DNA from: a virus
Lineage: Duplodnaviria; Caudoviricetes
DNA length: 52,948 nt
Reading direction: 5' to 3' (one strand)
IMG/VR virus record: IMGVR_UViG_3300020171_000037
Location: 1 to 52,948 of that record
The translations under genes were made by a program, and so were the position numbers. Below are positions 35,609-46,538 of this stretch, one piece after another (the stretch's first letter is position 1; each line of letters starts with the position of its first letter). The notes beneath the pieces are model-generated. The model had not been told where the DNA came from and searched no databases. It saw nothing but the letters and a program-made list of their open reading frames with translations.

Positions 35609-36310
35609 ATGAATGAGCTAATTAAGATTACAGAAACAAACGGCAAACAATTAGTAAGTGCTAGAGAATTGCATTTAATATTGCAGGTAAAAACACATTT
35701 TAAAGATTGGGCAAGTAGAAAAATAATTGAAAACCCATTTTTTCAAGAAAATGAAGATTTTGTAAGGGTGCTCAATTATGAGCGGGCTAATCAGCCAGCA
35801 TTAGAATTTGGATTAAGCATTGATATGGCTAAAAAATTAGCAATGTCGGAAAATAATGAAGCTGGAAATAATGTAAGAGATTATTTTATTTCATGTGAAA
35901 AACAGCTTAAAGAAATTAAACCGCAATTTGAAATACCTCAAACGCTTTCTCAGGCTTTAATGTTAGCATCAAAACAAGCTGAACAAATCGAAATGCAACA
36001 AACAACGATTGCAATAATGGAACCCAAAGCCGAATTTTACGACATTGTAACAGAATCAAAAGATACTATTGATATGGGTAATGCTGCTAAAGTTTTAAAC
36101 CTTGGATTTGGGCGTAATACCTTATTTGAAAAATTAAGAGATAAAAAAGTATTAATGCATAATAATAAACCTTACCAAACCTACATTGATAGGGGTTATT
36201 TTAGAGTAATTGAAACTAGTTTCGATAAACCAGACGGTAGCACTCACATAAATATTAAAACTTTGGTTTATCAAAAAGGTTTGGAGTTTATTAAAAATTC
36301 TTTGAAATAA
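35609..36310 (+). CDS. Phage antirepressor (AntA/AntB N-terminus + KilAC/ANT C-terminus)
   Basis: VSARELH..FKDW, MAKKLAM, PQTLSQAL, GRNTLFEKLR, PYQTYID. Confidence 0.9.
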   Translation: MNELIKITETNGKQLVSARELHLILQVKTHFKDWASRKIIENPFFQENEDFVRVLNYERANQPALEFGLSIDMAKKLAMSENNEAGNNVRDYFISCEKQLKEIKPQFEIPQTLSQALMLASKQAEQIEMQQTTIAIMEPKAEFYDIVTESKDTIDMGNAAKVLNLGFGRNTLFEKLRDKKVLMHNNKPYQTYIDRGYFRVIETSFDKPDGSTHINIKTLVYQKGLEFIKNSLK

Positions 36311-36613
36311 GATTATTTACATACCCATTTATACGGGTATGTAAATTATAAATAAACTGTAAATGCAATTCCAAAACCTATATGAAGGTCAAAAATTCCA
36401 TTTGGACACTAAACACGGTCGGGTTACTTTCATTAAAGACTTTGATACTGGAATAGTGATACATAGTGAGCATTATTTTTTTGATATTGGGACCAAAAAA
36501 GCATTTAAAAAACATACTCAAATAAAAATAAATTAAAAAAATATTAAAAAAAGTTTTGTATTCTAAAATAAAGTATTACCTTAGCACTATCAAATTATAA
36601 AATATTTAGCGAT

Positions 36614-36916
36614 ATGAAAACTACTACAAAGAAAATCACAAAAGCAACTTTCAAAAGTTTTATTAACAAAAACTTATCTGTTTTAGAAGTTAAAATTGAA
36701 TCATCATTTGACGGAATGACTGATTGCGTACAATCAATTAAAGACAATTTTAAAAAGGTAACAACAACTAATTCAAATGTAGAAAATACATTAGGAATTG
36801 ATGGTGTTTGGTTAGTTGGTAGCCGCGATTGGTTTAATTCATATGAAACTGAAACCCACATAGGAATTGAATATTATAATTGTTGCGGTTCGGGTGTAAT
36901 CGCAATACCAAAATAA
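36614..36916 (+). CDS. Hypothetical protein
   Basis: 100-aa ORF followed by a terminator (36962-36992). Confidence 0.7.
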   Translation: MKTTTKKITKATFKSFINKNLSVLEVKIESSFDGMTDCVQSIKDNFKKVTTTNSNVENTLGIDGVWLVGSRDWFNSYETETHIGIEYYNCCGSGVIAIPK

Positions 36917-37018
36917 TAAACCCTCTTTATGTTTTGTGGTTAAATAAAAAGTCAAGGGTTTGCCCCGATTCTGAAATAAGATCGGGGTTTTTAGGTGAAA
37001 ACAATAAATATTTAGCAA

Positions 37019-37249
37019 ATGAAAACGATTAAAAGATTATTCAGAAACTTACTATTTTGGCTCAAAACAAAGCCTTTTCATAGGATAAACAAATTAGATA
37101 CTTTTAGAATAGTTGATGAATTTGGCTCAGCTGGTTTTATGAAAACCTGCGAAATAAAAGCGATTTGTTTAGATAGTCAGGATGGCACCTACGAAAAAAG
37201 CAGGGAATACGCTTTTGAAATGCATCAAAGAGTAATTAAAACTTGTTAA
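37019..37249 (+). CDS. Hypothetical protein
   Basis: 76-aa ORF. Confidence 0.6.
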   Translation: MKTIKRLFRNLLFWLKTKPFHRINKLDTFRIVDEFGSAGFMKTCEIKAICLDSQDGTYEKSREYAFEMHQRVIKTC

Positions 37250-37260
37250 ATTTAAAATAA

Positions 37261-37497
37261 ATGGCAAATCTTAGAAACTTAATGGGTTTAATACCCAAAG
37301 ACAAAACGAATGAAGATTTCACAAAGGCAATATTTCCACACATGCCAAATGAAACACAACTGGACAAAACGAAATTGAATAAACAGCTTATTCAATTGGT
37401 AGCAGGTAAGAGCATCAAATACGATACGCTCGATAGAATTGCAAATGTAACAGGCGAAGATTACAACACAATATTGAATTATGCAGGTAGAAAATAA
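37261..37497 (+). CDS. Possible HTH-like regulator
   Basis: TLDRIANVTGEDYNTIL resembles the tail of XRE domains. Confidence 0.4.
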   Translation: MANLRNLMGLIPKDKTNEDFTKAIFPHMPNETQLDKTKLNKQLIQLVAGKSIKYDTLDRIANVTGEDYNTILNYAGRK

Positions 37498-37656
37498 ACA
37501 ACGGCTAATATTGATAATTCTCACTGCTATTTTTATTGCAGCTTTGATTTACACGATATTTGACAAAGAAATGGACTTACCTACTCGAATCGGAGCTATC
37601 ATTTTTGAATTGGGCTTAATTGTATTGAATCTACACACCTATTTAAAAATTAAATA

Positions 37657-39672
37657 ATGAAAAAAATCATTTTAAACAAATTGGAAGTTCGAAACTTCAA
37701 AGGGCAAATTCATAAAATAGTTGAGTTTGAAAACGAAACAACTCTATTTGGTGACAATGCCACTGGCAAAACTACAATGGGAGCCGATGCATTACCGTGG
37801 TTATTTTTCGGTAAAAACTCAGTTGATGAAAGTAAATTCAATGTTAAAACGCTTAATTCAGATGGGTCGCGAATCGCAAACGTAGAAACAAGTGTAAAAG
37901 GATGGTTTACCATAAACGGCGAAGTTGAGGTATTTGAGCGTATTTTGTTTGAAAAGTGGGTTAAACCAAACGGCGAAACCGAAAAACAATATATTGGTGA
38001 CGAAACTAAGTTTTTTATTAACGCGGCCCCAAAGCAAAAAAAAGACTTTGATTTAGAAGTGGGTAATTTGATTTCAACAACGCTGTTTAAGCTACTTTCA
38101 AACCCTTTGGAGTTTAACCGTTTACCGTGGGATAAAAGGCGCGAAACGTTAATACAAATGGCGGGTAACATTGAGATACAACCCACCGATTTAAACCTTT
38201 TAAAAATCCTAAATTCAGGCAAATCAATTGAAACTTACAAAGCTGAATTAAAAGGTAAAATTTCACTTTATAACAAATCGCTTGAAGACATACCTGGGCG
38301 AATTGATGAAAACCAAAGAAACAAACCCGAACTTGCAAACTGGAATGATTTAAACAGCCAATTAACAGCTAAAAACGAACGCTTGTTAATCATTGATGAA
38401 CTAATGAACAATGAGCTTAAAAAACGGGCTGCAAGTAATCAAGAACAAAACGAAACTCAAAAGCTAATCGGCGAAAAACAACTGCAGCTTCAAAAGTTAG
38501 AAAACGAATTGACCTTGGAATCTAACAAAGATTTAATTAAGTCTAAAAATTTAAAATCGGAGCTTCAGGAAAATTTGAACAAGCTTTCAATCTCAATTCA
38601 AACAAACAATACTTTTATTATTAATTCAGAAAATCAACTAACCGGTCTAAAAGCTGAAAAAGCAAAACTACTTGAAGAGTATTTTGCAATTAATAAAAGG
38701 ACTTTTGTTTTTGATGAATCAAAGGGCATTTGTTCCACTTGTAAGCAAATATTGCCCGAAAGCGATTATTTTGCAGCAAAAGAAAAACTAACAGGTAATT
38801 TTAACCAAACAAAAGCCAATGATTTAGAGTTAAATATGGCTAATGGCAAAGCAAAGGCAAAAGCAATTGAAGAACTTGAGGCCAAAATAAAAGATGCAAC
38901 CAAATCAAATGAGTTAATTGCAAATGAATTGCCCGAACTTAAAACCAAAATTGATTCAATTGTAATTGTTGAAAAGCCAGTTGATTTCTCAATGGAAAAG
39001 GAATGGAACGATTTATACAATGAAATTGAGGCTTTAAAAACTAAAGTTAGCACTCCAATTGAAATAACTGGGAATGAATCGTTAATCATTGAGAAAGCCG
39101 AAATTGGCGAAACAATCAAAGCTATCGAAAAGCAATTAAATGCTAAAACTGAAATTGAGAAAGCCGAAAAAAGAATTGGTGAACTTCAAAAAGAGCAATT
39201 GAGTTTATCTCAAATGATTGCGGACTTGCAAAAGGATGAAAACATTGTTTTAGCCTTTGAAAAAACCAAAATGAATATGTTAGAAGATCGAGTAAATAAC
39301 ATGTTTAAATTGGTTAAATTTCGAATGTTTGAACCTCAAAAAAACGGCGGTGAAAAGCCAGATTGTGTTACTTTAATTGACGGTGTGCCTTATTCAGATG
39401 CAAATACAGCATCAAAGATTAATGCAGGTATTGACATTATAAATGTACTTTCAGAGCATTACCAAACATTCGTGCCTATTATTGTGGATAACCGCGAGAG
39501 CGTTACAAATCTTTTGCCCGTTAAATCGCAAATTATAAACTTGAATAAAACAATTGGAGTTTATAAACTTACAAATAACGAAATCAATTCTTTGGAGCAA
39601 CAAATTGAATATTACAAAGGAAATGATTTCAAAGTAGCTCAATTGCAAGCAAAATTAAACTCATTAAAATAA
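37657..39672 (+). CDS. SbcC/Rad50-like ATPase
   Basis: GDNATGKTT Walker A, long coiled coil with CSTC hook, IIVDNRES Walker B. Confidence 0.88.
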   Translation: MKKIILNKLEVRNFKGQIHKIVEFENETTLFGDNATGKTTMGADALPWLFFGKNSVDESKFNVKTLNSDGSRIANVETSVKGWFTINGEVEVFERILFEKWVKPNGETEKQYIGDETKFFINAAPKQKKDFDLEVGNLISTTLFKLLSNPLEFNRLPWDKRRETLIQMAGNIEIQPTDLNLLKILNSGKSIETYKAELKGKISLYNKSLEDIPGRIDENQRNKPELANWNDLNSQLTAKNERLLIIDELMNNELKKRAASNQEQNETQKLIGEKQLQLQKLENELTLESNKDLIKSKNLKSELQENLNKLSISIQTNNTFIINSENQLTGLKAEKAKLLEEYFAINKRTFVFDESKGICSTCKQILPESDYFAAKEKLTGNFNQTKANDLELNMANGKAKAKAIEELEAKIKDATKSNELIANELPELKTKIDSIVIVEKPVDFSMEKEWNDLYNEIEALKTKVSTPIEITGNESLIIEKAEIGETIKAIEKQLNAKTEIEKAEKRIGELQKEQLSLSQMIADLQKDENIVLAFEKTKMNMLEDRVNNMFKLVKFRMFEPQKNGGEKPDCVTLIDGVPYSDANTASKINAGIDIINVLSEHYQTFVPIIVDNRESVTNLLPVKSQIINLNKTIGVYKLTNNEINSLEQQIEYYKGNDFKVAQLQAKLNSLK

Positions 39673-39690
39673 CCTTAACAATTAAATAAA

Positions 39691-40545
39691 ATGGAAAATA
39701 AAAAAGAAACACCAAAAGCAGAAATTGTAAAAAATGCAGCTGCAAAGCAAGAAATTGAGCGCAACATAACCGATTCAGTTTTAGCTAGGTTTATCGAAAC
39801 AAAGTCAACTGGAGCAATTGACGTTCCAAATGATTACAGTGCCGAAAACGCACTTAAAAGCGCATGGTTTACGCTTCAAAATGTTCAAGATAAAGAAAAA
39901 AAACCCGCTTTGCAGGTTTGTGAAAAAAACAGCATTGCAAACAGCCTATATGAAATGGTTGTAAATGGATTAAATCCAATGAAAAAACAATGCTACTTTA
40001 TTGTTTATGGTAATAAATTAACCTGCCAAATTTCCTACCAAGGTAACATTGCCCTTGCAAAAAGGTTTTCAGGTGTTAAGTCAGTAATCGCAAAAGAAAT
40101 TCGCAAAGGTGACACTTTCAAAACTGAAATATTAAGCGATGCCAGGGAAATATTAAAAGAACATGATAGCGCTTTTGAAAACGCAGATGCTGAAATAATT
40201 GGAGCTTATTGCGTAATTGTTGATGACAACGACAAAGAACATCTTACGAAAATGACTATGCAAAACATTCGTAAAGCATGGTTAAAATCGGCTACAAAAG
40301 GCAATGGTGACGTTCACAAAGACTTTGCAGATGAAATGGCAAAAAGGACTGTAATAAATAGGGCCTGTAAACCTTGGATTAACAGTTCTAATGATGAAAA
40401 TATCATTGATGAAGAAAAGCCCGAAATCAAATCTGAAATGTTGACTATTGACATTACTGAAAAATCGCAGCCAGTACAAAAGACTTTGAGTATTGACGAA
40501 AAACCAGAGAAACCGATTGTTGAAAACCAAGATAAACCGTATTAA
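39691..40545 (+). CDS. recT: RecT-family single-strand annealing protein
   Basis: GLNPMKKQCYFIVYG, SYQG, EMAKRTVINRACK. Confidence 0.9.
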   Translation: MENKKETPKAEIVKNAAAKQEIERNITDSVLARFIETKSTGAIDVPNDYSAENALKSAWFTLQNVQDKEKKPALQVCEKNSIANSLYEMVVNGLNPMKKQCYFIVYGNKLTCQISYQGNIALAKRFSGVKSVIAKEIRKGDTFKTEILSDAREILKEHDSAFENADAEIIGAYCVIVDDNDKEHLTKMTMQNIRKAWLKSATKGNGDVHKDFADEMAKRTVINRACKPWINSSNDENIIDEEKPEIKSEMLTIDITEKSQPVQKTLSIDEKPEKPIVENQDKPY

Positions 40546-41264
40546 TGGAGCTAAAAATATTATCAACTGGCAGCGATGGTAATTGCTACCAGTTGAAATC
40601 TAAAACAGGCGATAGTATTTTAATCGAATGTGGTTTACCATTCAAAAAAATAAAAGAGGGTATTGATTTTGATTTGGTTAATATTTCAGGTTGTTTATTG
40701 AGCCATGAACACAAAGACCATGCAAGATGCCCACAGGAATTAATCAATGCAGGCATTCAAGTAATAAGTTCATTTGATACTGCATCGGCTTTAAAACTAA
40801 ATAATCCAACGTGTGTAATGGCAGGTGACTTATTCGAAGTTGGCGAATTTAAAGTAAAAGCATTTAAAGTTGAACACGATGCAATTGAACCTTTTGGGTT
40901 TTTAATTTACCATGATGAAATGGGCTTAATGGTTTTTGCAACTGATACTAAAAGCCTAGATTATGAAATTGCGGGTGTTAACCATTGGCTTATTGAGGCA
41001 AATTTTTCAGAAACTATAATGCTAAAAAACATTGAAACGGATAAATTAAATGCATTCCTAGCGAATAGAGTTTATCAAAATCACATGAGCATTGAAACAA
41101 CCATTGAAGTACTTAAAAAAAATGATTTAAGTACATGCCGTTCAATTACATTAATTCATTTATCGGCGAATAACGGAAATGGTAATGAGTTTGTTAAAAT
41201 GGTTTCAAAAGCAATTGGAATAAAGCCAAAAATAGCCAAAAACGATTTAATCATTGAGTTATGA
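40545..41264 (+). CDS. Metallo-beta-lactamase-fold hydrolase
   Basis: TGSDGNCY, SHEHKDH, HDA, TDT, EAN, HMS, HLS. Confidence 0.9.
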   Translation: MELKILSTGSDGNCYQLKSKTGDSILIECGLPFKKIKEGIDFDLVNISGCLLSHEHKDHARCPQELINAGIQVISSFDTASALKLNNPTCVMAGDLFEVGEFKVKAFKVEHDAIEPFGFLIYHDEMGLMVFATDTKSLDYEIAGVNHWLIEANFSETIMLKNIETDKLNAFLANRVYQNHMSIETTIEVLKKNDLSTCRSITLIHLSANNGNGNEFVKMVSKAIGIKPKIAKNDLIIEL

Positions 41265-41533
41265 CAGATGAACAATTCAACCTAAAACTTTTAAAAATAG
41301 GAATACTTTCCGATATTTTAGAATCTGAAATAAAAGCATTACGACCCGAAAAGTACTTACAAGATAAAGTTTTTGCAATGAAAATTCGTAACGCTCAAAT
41401 TCACACGTCAAGCCTAAGGAAATATTTTGATAGGCTATTAAAACCATTAATTGGTTTGATTGGAGACTATTATGATTCAATAGATCAAACCATTGATTTA
41501 AAAATAAAAGAATTGGACTATGAAAAAAAATAG
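41261..41533 (+). CDS. Hypothetical protein
   Basis: Coupled ORF. Confidence 0.6.
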   Translation: MTDEQFNLKLLKIGILSDILESEIKALRPEKYLQDKVFAMKIRNAQIHTSSLRKYFDRLLKPLIGLIGDYYDSIDQTIDLKIKELDYEKK

Positions 41534-41792
41534 CGAATTAAAAGGAATTAGAAGTGAAATAAACAATGCACCCGCAAGTCATGATGAACTTACCAAACTT
41601 GCTAAAAAGCTAAAGAAAGCCCCAAAAGATAAGTATTTTTGCGATGTTTTCTATTCAGGTAGTACAAGGGTGCAATTTCAACTTAGAAGTCCATTAAAAG
41701 AGCGATTGCCAATAATTCAAAAGGCATATTCAAAGCAATACAATGATAGGATTATGACATTTGGTAAAATTAAACCTATAAAAGCAACGTAA
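41520..41792 (+). CDS. Hypothetical protein
   Basis: Coupled ORF. Confidence 0.6.
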   Translation: MKKNSELKGIRSEINNAPASHDELTKLAKKLKKAPKDKYFCDVFYSGSTRVQFQLRSPLKERLPIIQKAYSKQYNDRIMTFGKIKPIKAT

Positions 41793-42277
41793 TGGAAAAG
41801 AATTTATACAACTTAAAGTTGCACGAATCAATTACAGAACCATTTGGAATGTTAATTATGAGAGTTCCTGGAGGGTGGATTTATGATTGTTGGGATTTTG
41901 AAAATGATAAGTCAAAAATTGGAACATTTGTACCTTTTGATAATGAATTTATGGAAAAGGCAAAAAAGTTTGATGAGCTATTTCCACCCGAAAAAAAACC
42001 AGAGTTTAACTTCAAAAAATCACTTATCGAATTGGGAGTTGGTGAACAAATTGCAAGTGATTGGATTAAAGTAAGGGCAAAGAAAAAAGCATCAAATACT
42101 AAAACGGCATTTGATGAAATTGAAAAGCAAATCAAATTAACCACCCATAACCCAAACGAATGCATAAAATTGGCAATAAAAAAGAGTTGGGCCGGTTTTG
42201 AATCGGAATGGTATTTTAACGCAACAAAGAAAACTGAAAATGAATCAACCGAAAAGAAGCTTAGCGCAAAATTCTGA
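41792..42277 (+). CDS. Protein with a replication-initiator-like C-terminal domain
   Basis: DWIKVRAKKKA..SWAGFESEW; directly before DnaB. Confidence 0.5.
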   Translation: MEKNLYNLKLHESITEPFGMLIMRVPGGWIYDCWDFENDKSKIGTFVPFDNEFMEKAKKFDELFPPEKKPEFNFKKSLIELGVGEQIASDWIKVRAKKKASNTKTAFDEIEKQIKLTTHNPNECIKLAIKKSWAGFESEWYFNATKKTENESTEKKLSAKF

Positions 42278-43640
42278 TTTTGGCAAATTACCACCTCAAT
42301 CTGTTGAAATAGAGGAGTTAATTTTAGGAGCTTTAATGCTTGAAAAAACAGCTATTGAGCGAATTGAAAACATTTTAATTGATGGATGCTTTTATAAAGA
42401 TTTCCACAATTTTATATTCAAAGCAATCATTGAATTAAGCCATGAACGCAAATCAATTGACATTCTAACCGTATCTCAGCAATTAAAGAAAAACGGTAAT
42501 TTGGATATAGTAGGAGGTTCATTTTATTTAGCTCAATTATCAAATAAAGTAGCCTCAACCGCTCACTTAGAAGATCATTGTTATATAGTTCTTGAAAAAT
42601 ACATTCGTAGAAAAATAATCGAACTTCAAAACGAAATTTCAAACAATTCATTTGACGAATCAATAGATTTAGAGGACTTAATTTCAAAACTAAATGGTAA
42701 TATTGATATTATTAACGAATTGTCAAATGGTAATAAAGATTCTCAACACATTAGAGATATTGCCAGAAAGTGCATGGTTTCATTAGACGACCGGACTACA
42801 AAAACAAACAAAGGTGAATCTATTGGAGTACCAACTGGTTTTACTAAATTAGATCAAGCTACGAATGGATGGCAGCCAGGAGATTTAATTGTCTATGCAG
42901 CACGTCCGGGCGTTGGGAAAACAGCAGTAATGCTTCACCACGCAAAAGCGGCGGCCAATGGGAAAAAACATGTTTGCATTTACTCATTAGAAATGACTGC
43001 AATGTCATTAACAGATCGAATGATAATTTCAGTTGCTGACATAGATTCAAACAATTACAAGTCAGGAAAACTAAGCGATTTGGAATATTCGAGATTGGAC
43101 AAAGCTATTTCTGAAATAGAGAAAATGAACATCTATATAGATGACAATGTAAGCGTAAATATGAAATATATCCGTTCACACGCTCGCAAAATGAAGAAAT
43201 TAGGCAAATGTGACATTATAATGATCGACTACCTACAGCTTGTAAATATGGATAATTCTTATAATTCAAACCGGGAAGAAAAAGTAGCTCAAGCATCAAG
43301 AATGGCAAAAGTAATCGCAAAAGAATTAAACATTCCAGTTATTCTATTGGCTCAATTGAATAGAGATATTGAAAAAAGAGGTGGTGACAAAAGGCCGTTA
43401 CTTTCAGATTTAAGAGAATCGGGAGCAATTGAACAAGATGCCGATATGGTAATATTCATACACCGACCTAATTATTATGGGATTAATCAAGATGGCGAAG
43501 GTAACGACATTAGCGATATTGGTAAACTTATAATTGCTAAATTCAGGAACGGAACACCTCAAGATATTAAATTTAAACATAATAAAAGCCTTACGCGATT
43601 AATCGGTGAAGGTGAAGAAACTAGCGATTTACCTTTTTAA
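42240..43640 (+). CDS. dnaB: Replicative DNA helicase
   Basis: LPPQS.E.E, AARPGVGKT, SLEM, IDYLQL, LAQLNR, SDLRESGAIEQDAD, AKFRNG. Confidence 0.97.
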   Translation: MNQPKRSLAQNSDFGKLPPQSVEIEELILGALMLEKTAIERIENILIDGCFYKDFHNFIFKAIIELSHERKSIDILTVSQQLKKNGNLDIVGGSFYLAQLSNKVASTAHLEDHCYIVLEKYIRRKIIELQNEISNNSFDESIDLEDLISKLNGNIDIINELSNGNKDSQHIRDIARKCMVSLDDRTTKTNKGESIGVPTGFTKLDQATNGWQPGDLIVYAARPGVGKTAVMLHHAKAAANGKKHVCIYSLEMTAMSLTDRMIISVADIDSNNYKSGKLSDLEYSRLDKAISEIEKMNIYIDDNVSVNMKYIRSHARKMKKLGKCDIIMIDYLQLVNMDNSYNSNREEKVAQASRMAKVIAKELNIPVILLAQLNRDIEKRGGDKRPLLSDLRESGAIEQDADMVIFIHRPNYYGINQDGEGNDISDIGKLIIAKFRNGTPQDIKFKHNKSLTRLIGEGEETSDLPF

Positions 43641-43642
43641 TT

Positions 43643-44353
43643 ATGTTACCACAAATTGGAATAGATCCTGGAATATCGGCTGGATGCATATCTGTTTTTG
43701 ACAATGGAAAGTTGCATATTTTTAAAATGCCTGAAAAGTTTATGGAAATAAACGAACTGTTAAAACCATTTGGATGTGGAAAAGCATCTATTGAGCAAAT
43801 TAATTCGCGCCCTAATTTTTCACCATTTGCAAATAAGAGAATGGAACCTTTGATTAAAAATGTTGAACACTTGAAAAACGCAATGGAAATAAACAGAATC
43901 GAATATAAAGAGGTTGCACCCTCAACCTGGCAAAAGTACCATGGGTTAATTTTACCAAAAGGAATTGGCGAAAAGGGCATGGATTATGATGAACTTTTGA
44001 GGCTTGAAAAGGAATTAAAGCATTTGGAAATTCACAGGTCAATTGAAACAAAAGTACAAAACGATGTTGTTTATTCTGAAAACATTAAATTCATTTTGGA
44101 AACATCTGGGAAATTAGCAGCTCGAAAAGCTCTTTGTGATTCATTCACATATTTTTCAAAATACGACATCAACAAAGCGATTGAAGAAACTGAAAAATCA
44201 ATTGCAAAGTTCAAATCTCAGGAAAAGGTAATCCGTAAAAAAAGATACCAAACATACATTACAAAAAAGCTAAAAAGTGAGGGTTACGATAAAAAGATAC
44301 CCCTATGGCAGTCAGATAGCTTATGTATTCTACTTTATCAAATAAATAACTAA
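43643..44353 (+). CDS. RuvC-like Holliday junction resolvase with a helical insertion
   Basis: IGIDPG, SIEQ, VAPSTWQK, terminal SDSLCI. Confidence 0.7.
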   Translation: MLPQIGIDPGISAGCISVFDNGKLHIFKMPEKFMEINELLKPFGCGKASIEQINSRPNFSPFANKRMEPLIKNVEHLKNAMEINRIEYKEVAPSTWQKYHGLILPKGIGEKGMDYDELLRLEKELKHLEIHRSIETKVQNDVVYSENIKFILETSGKLAARKALCDSFTYFSKYDINKAIEETEKSIAKFKSQEKVIRKKRYQTYITKKLKSEGYDKKIPLWQSDSLCILLYQINN

Positions 44354-44357
44354 AACA

Positions 44358-44540
44358 ATGAAAAAATATTTTGAACAATACAGTAACATAATTTCACCAC
44401 GCGAAAATGAAAATTCGTTTTTAGGGTTAGTTAGAATATCAAATGAATTAAATATGTTATTTAAAAAAATTCATGATGATGGTTTTGAATTAGGATTTGA
44501 AAAATGTAAAGAATTAAAAGAGATTATCAAATCCAATTAA
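44358..44540 (+). CDS. Hypothetical protein
   Basis: 60-aa ORF. Confidence 0.5.
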   Translation: MKKYFEQYSNIISPRENENSFLGLVRISNELNMLFKKIHDDGFELGFEKCKELKEIIKSN

Positions 44541-44542
44541 AC

Positions 44543-44929
44543 ATGAACGAATTAACAGTTACAGGCGAAATAAACAAAGCTGGTCAATTAGGCATGTACC
44601 AAATTCGAGAAATAGAGAATTTCGCCAAAATGAACAAAGGCAAAAAGCTACTTGTTAAGTACATAATTCAAGATGAAGATTTGCGAAAACGGCTTATTTC
44701 GTATTACTTTGGAGTTGTAATTGATATTTGGCAAACTCACTTTCATGATACTGGCACCATTTTGAGTAAAAAACAAGTTGATGTGCATTTAAGGCATAAT
44801 TGCCCAATTACCCACGAATGTGAACTTTCAAAACTAGAATTGAATGATTTAATTATGTTTTTGGATTATTTAAAAGAAATCACTTTGGAGCAAGCAAACC
44901 GATTCATTGAAAACCCTAGATTGTTATGA
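44543..44929 (+). CDS. NinB-like protein
   Basis: YYFGVVI..SKLE..FLDY..IENP pattern. Confidence 0.5.
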   Translation: MNELTVTGEINKAGQLGMYQIREIENFAKMNKGKKLLVKYIIQDEDLRKRLISYYFGVVIDIWQTHFHDTGTILSKKQVDVHLRHNCPITHECELSKLELNDLIMFLDYLKEITLEQANRFIENPRLL

Positions 44930-45267
44930 AAATACTATATTTGACACTGACAAAGGAACCATTTGAAGCGATGCAATTGGGTTTAAAAGATCGCGAATAT
45001 AGAGAGCCGTCAAAATGGATTCGTAGCCGGTTAATTGATTCAAAAACCAAACAACCAAAGCATTTTGACGTTGTTTTATTCCGTAATGGTTATGAGAATG
45101 ATAAACCCTATTTTGCAGCCAAATACTTAGGCTTTGAATATTCCCAAATGAATTACTCAGTAACTTACGCCAATGGATTTACGGTTAACGTGAAAAAAGG
45201 GTATTTTAGAATAAAACTTGGAGCAATAATAAAAAAAGGAAATATAGACAGTAAAGAATTATTTTAA
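44926..45267 (+). CDS. ASCH/PUA-like domain protein
   Basis: LYLTL..F..GLKDREYRE..W..RL, FRNGY. Confidence 0.75.
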   Translation: MKILYLTLTKEPFEAMQLGLKDREYREPSKWIRSRLIDSKTKQPKHFDVVLFRNGYENDKPYFAAKYLGFEYSQMNYSVTYANGFTVNVKKGYFRIKLGAIIKKGNIDSKELF

Positions 45268-45283
45268 CTAACAAATTTTAAAC

Positions 45284-45847
45284 ATGGAAAACAAATTATT
45301 TAATGTTCCAATTGAGTTATTCCAACTGGAAAAGCTTGTTTTAAACAAGGGTAAAAACTGCAAAGTTTGGTTTAAAATTATCGACATGCGAGGCGATAAA
45401 AATGAAACTATTGACGGCTATTTAGAGCCAGACTATCAATGCATTTTTGCAATGCAGGAAAAGTTAAACGAACTTAAACCGTATCTTTTGAAATTGCGAC
45501 ACAAAGGTGAAAACACAAACGGCAATGTGATTGTAAAGGGTGTAATTTGGAAAGGCGAAGGTGACAAAGAAGCTTTTAAAATTTTAGGCTCAGAGGTTTC
45601 CGATTCAGAAAAAAACATGACCTTTGATAGTGCGGTTGAGCATGTGAATGAATCAAACTACGGATTCGAAATGGAAGTACGTGACATCATTTTACAACTT
45701 GAAGCTTTTGCACATGCTTATTTGTTTGAAGGCATGAAAGCAGAACCTACTTTCGGGCTAAAAAACGGCAATGATTCTGAAAGTGAAGAAAGTGAAGACA
45801 ATGAAGAAATTGAAGAAATTGAAGAAGCTGAAACAATTGAAGACTAA
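45284..45847 (+). CDS. Hypothetical protein with acidic tail (possible ssDNA-binding protein)
   Basis: E/D-rich C-terminus. Confidence 0.5.
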   Translation: MENKLFNVPIELFQLEKLVLNKGKNCKVWFKIIDMRGDKNETIDGYLEPDYQCIFAMQEKLNELKPYLLKLRHKGENTNGNVIVKGVIWKGEGDKEAFKILGSEVSDSEKNMTFDSAVEHVNESNYGFEMEVRDIILQLEAFAHAYLFEGMKAEPTFGLKNGNDSESEESEDNEEIEEIEEAETIED

Positions 45848-46326
45848 TGATTGAAATTAACAGCCGCCTCGAATATGACTATGTTGTAAGTCGAGGGCAT
45901 CAGCCCCTTTTGGATTGGAAGAAATATATAATGCCAATAGAGCTACGTTTATTAATCCAAGATGAATATTTCGGGGCGGCTGACTTTCAAAAAGAGAATC
46001 AAAAGTTTTACAGGTGGGTTTGGGAGCATTCAATTCATAATTGCGCCGAAACTGGACTACCATTACCAACTTATAGTTCTGTTTATATTTCACATATTAT
46101 TTCGAGGGGTTCAGATCGCAGAATGGCAATTGACCCTCGTAATGTAAATATACTTTCACCACAAATTCACGCTTTGTGGGATTCTGAAAACAAAAGTCAA
46201 AAGCAAAAATTAAACATTTATAGAGAAAATCAACTAATTATTAATTTACTTAAAAAAGACTATGATCAATCAAATAATTTTAGGACCATTAACATTGACC
46301 CCATTAGCTCAATTTGCATTCGATAA
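45847..46326 (+). CDS. HNH-like nuclease-family protein
   Basis: SHIISRG..DPRNVNIL..H..WD. Confidence 0.55.
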   Translation: MIEINSRLEYDYVVSRGHQPLLDWKKYIMPIELRLLIQDEYFGAADFQKENQKFYRWVWEHSIHNCAETGLPLPTYSSVYISHIISRGSDRRMAIDPRNVNILSPQIHALWDSENKSQKQKLNIYRENQLIINLLKKDYDQSNNFRTINIDPISSICIR

Positions 46327-46510
46327 TATCGAAGCATTAAAAGCTAAGACTGAAATCAAGCAAATCACATCGAAGTCAAACAAACCGTTCATTGTGATTA
46401 AGATTGAAATGGAAAATAATACAAAAGTAACTGACCCGTTAAAAAAGGATTTGAAAAGAATTTTTAGCGCGGAATCGGTTAATTTTGTTTATTCTGAAAA
46501 AATTAGTTAA
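46262..46510 (+). CDS. Hypothetical protein
   Basis: 82-aa ORF. Confidence 0.5.
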   Translation: MINQIILGPLTLTPLAQFAFDNIEALKAKTEIKQITSKSNKPFIVIKIEMENNTKVTDPLKKDLKRIFSAESVNFVYSEKIS

Positions 46511-46538
46511 AAAGTTGTAAATTTACAAAAAAGATATT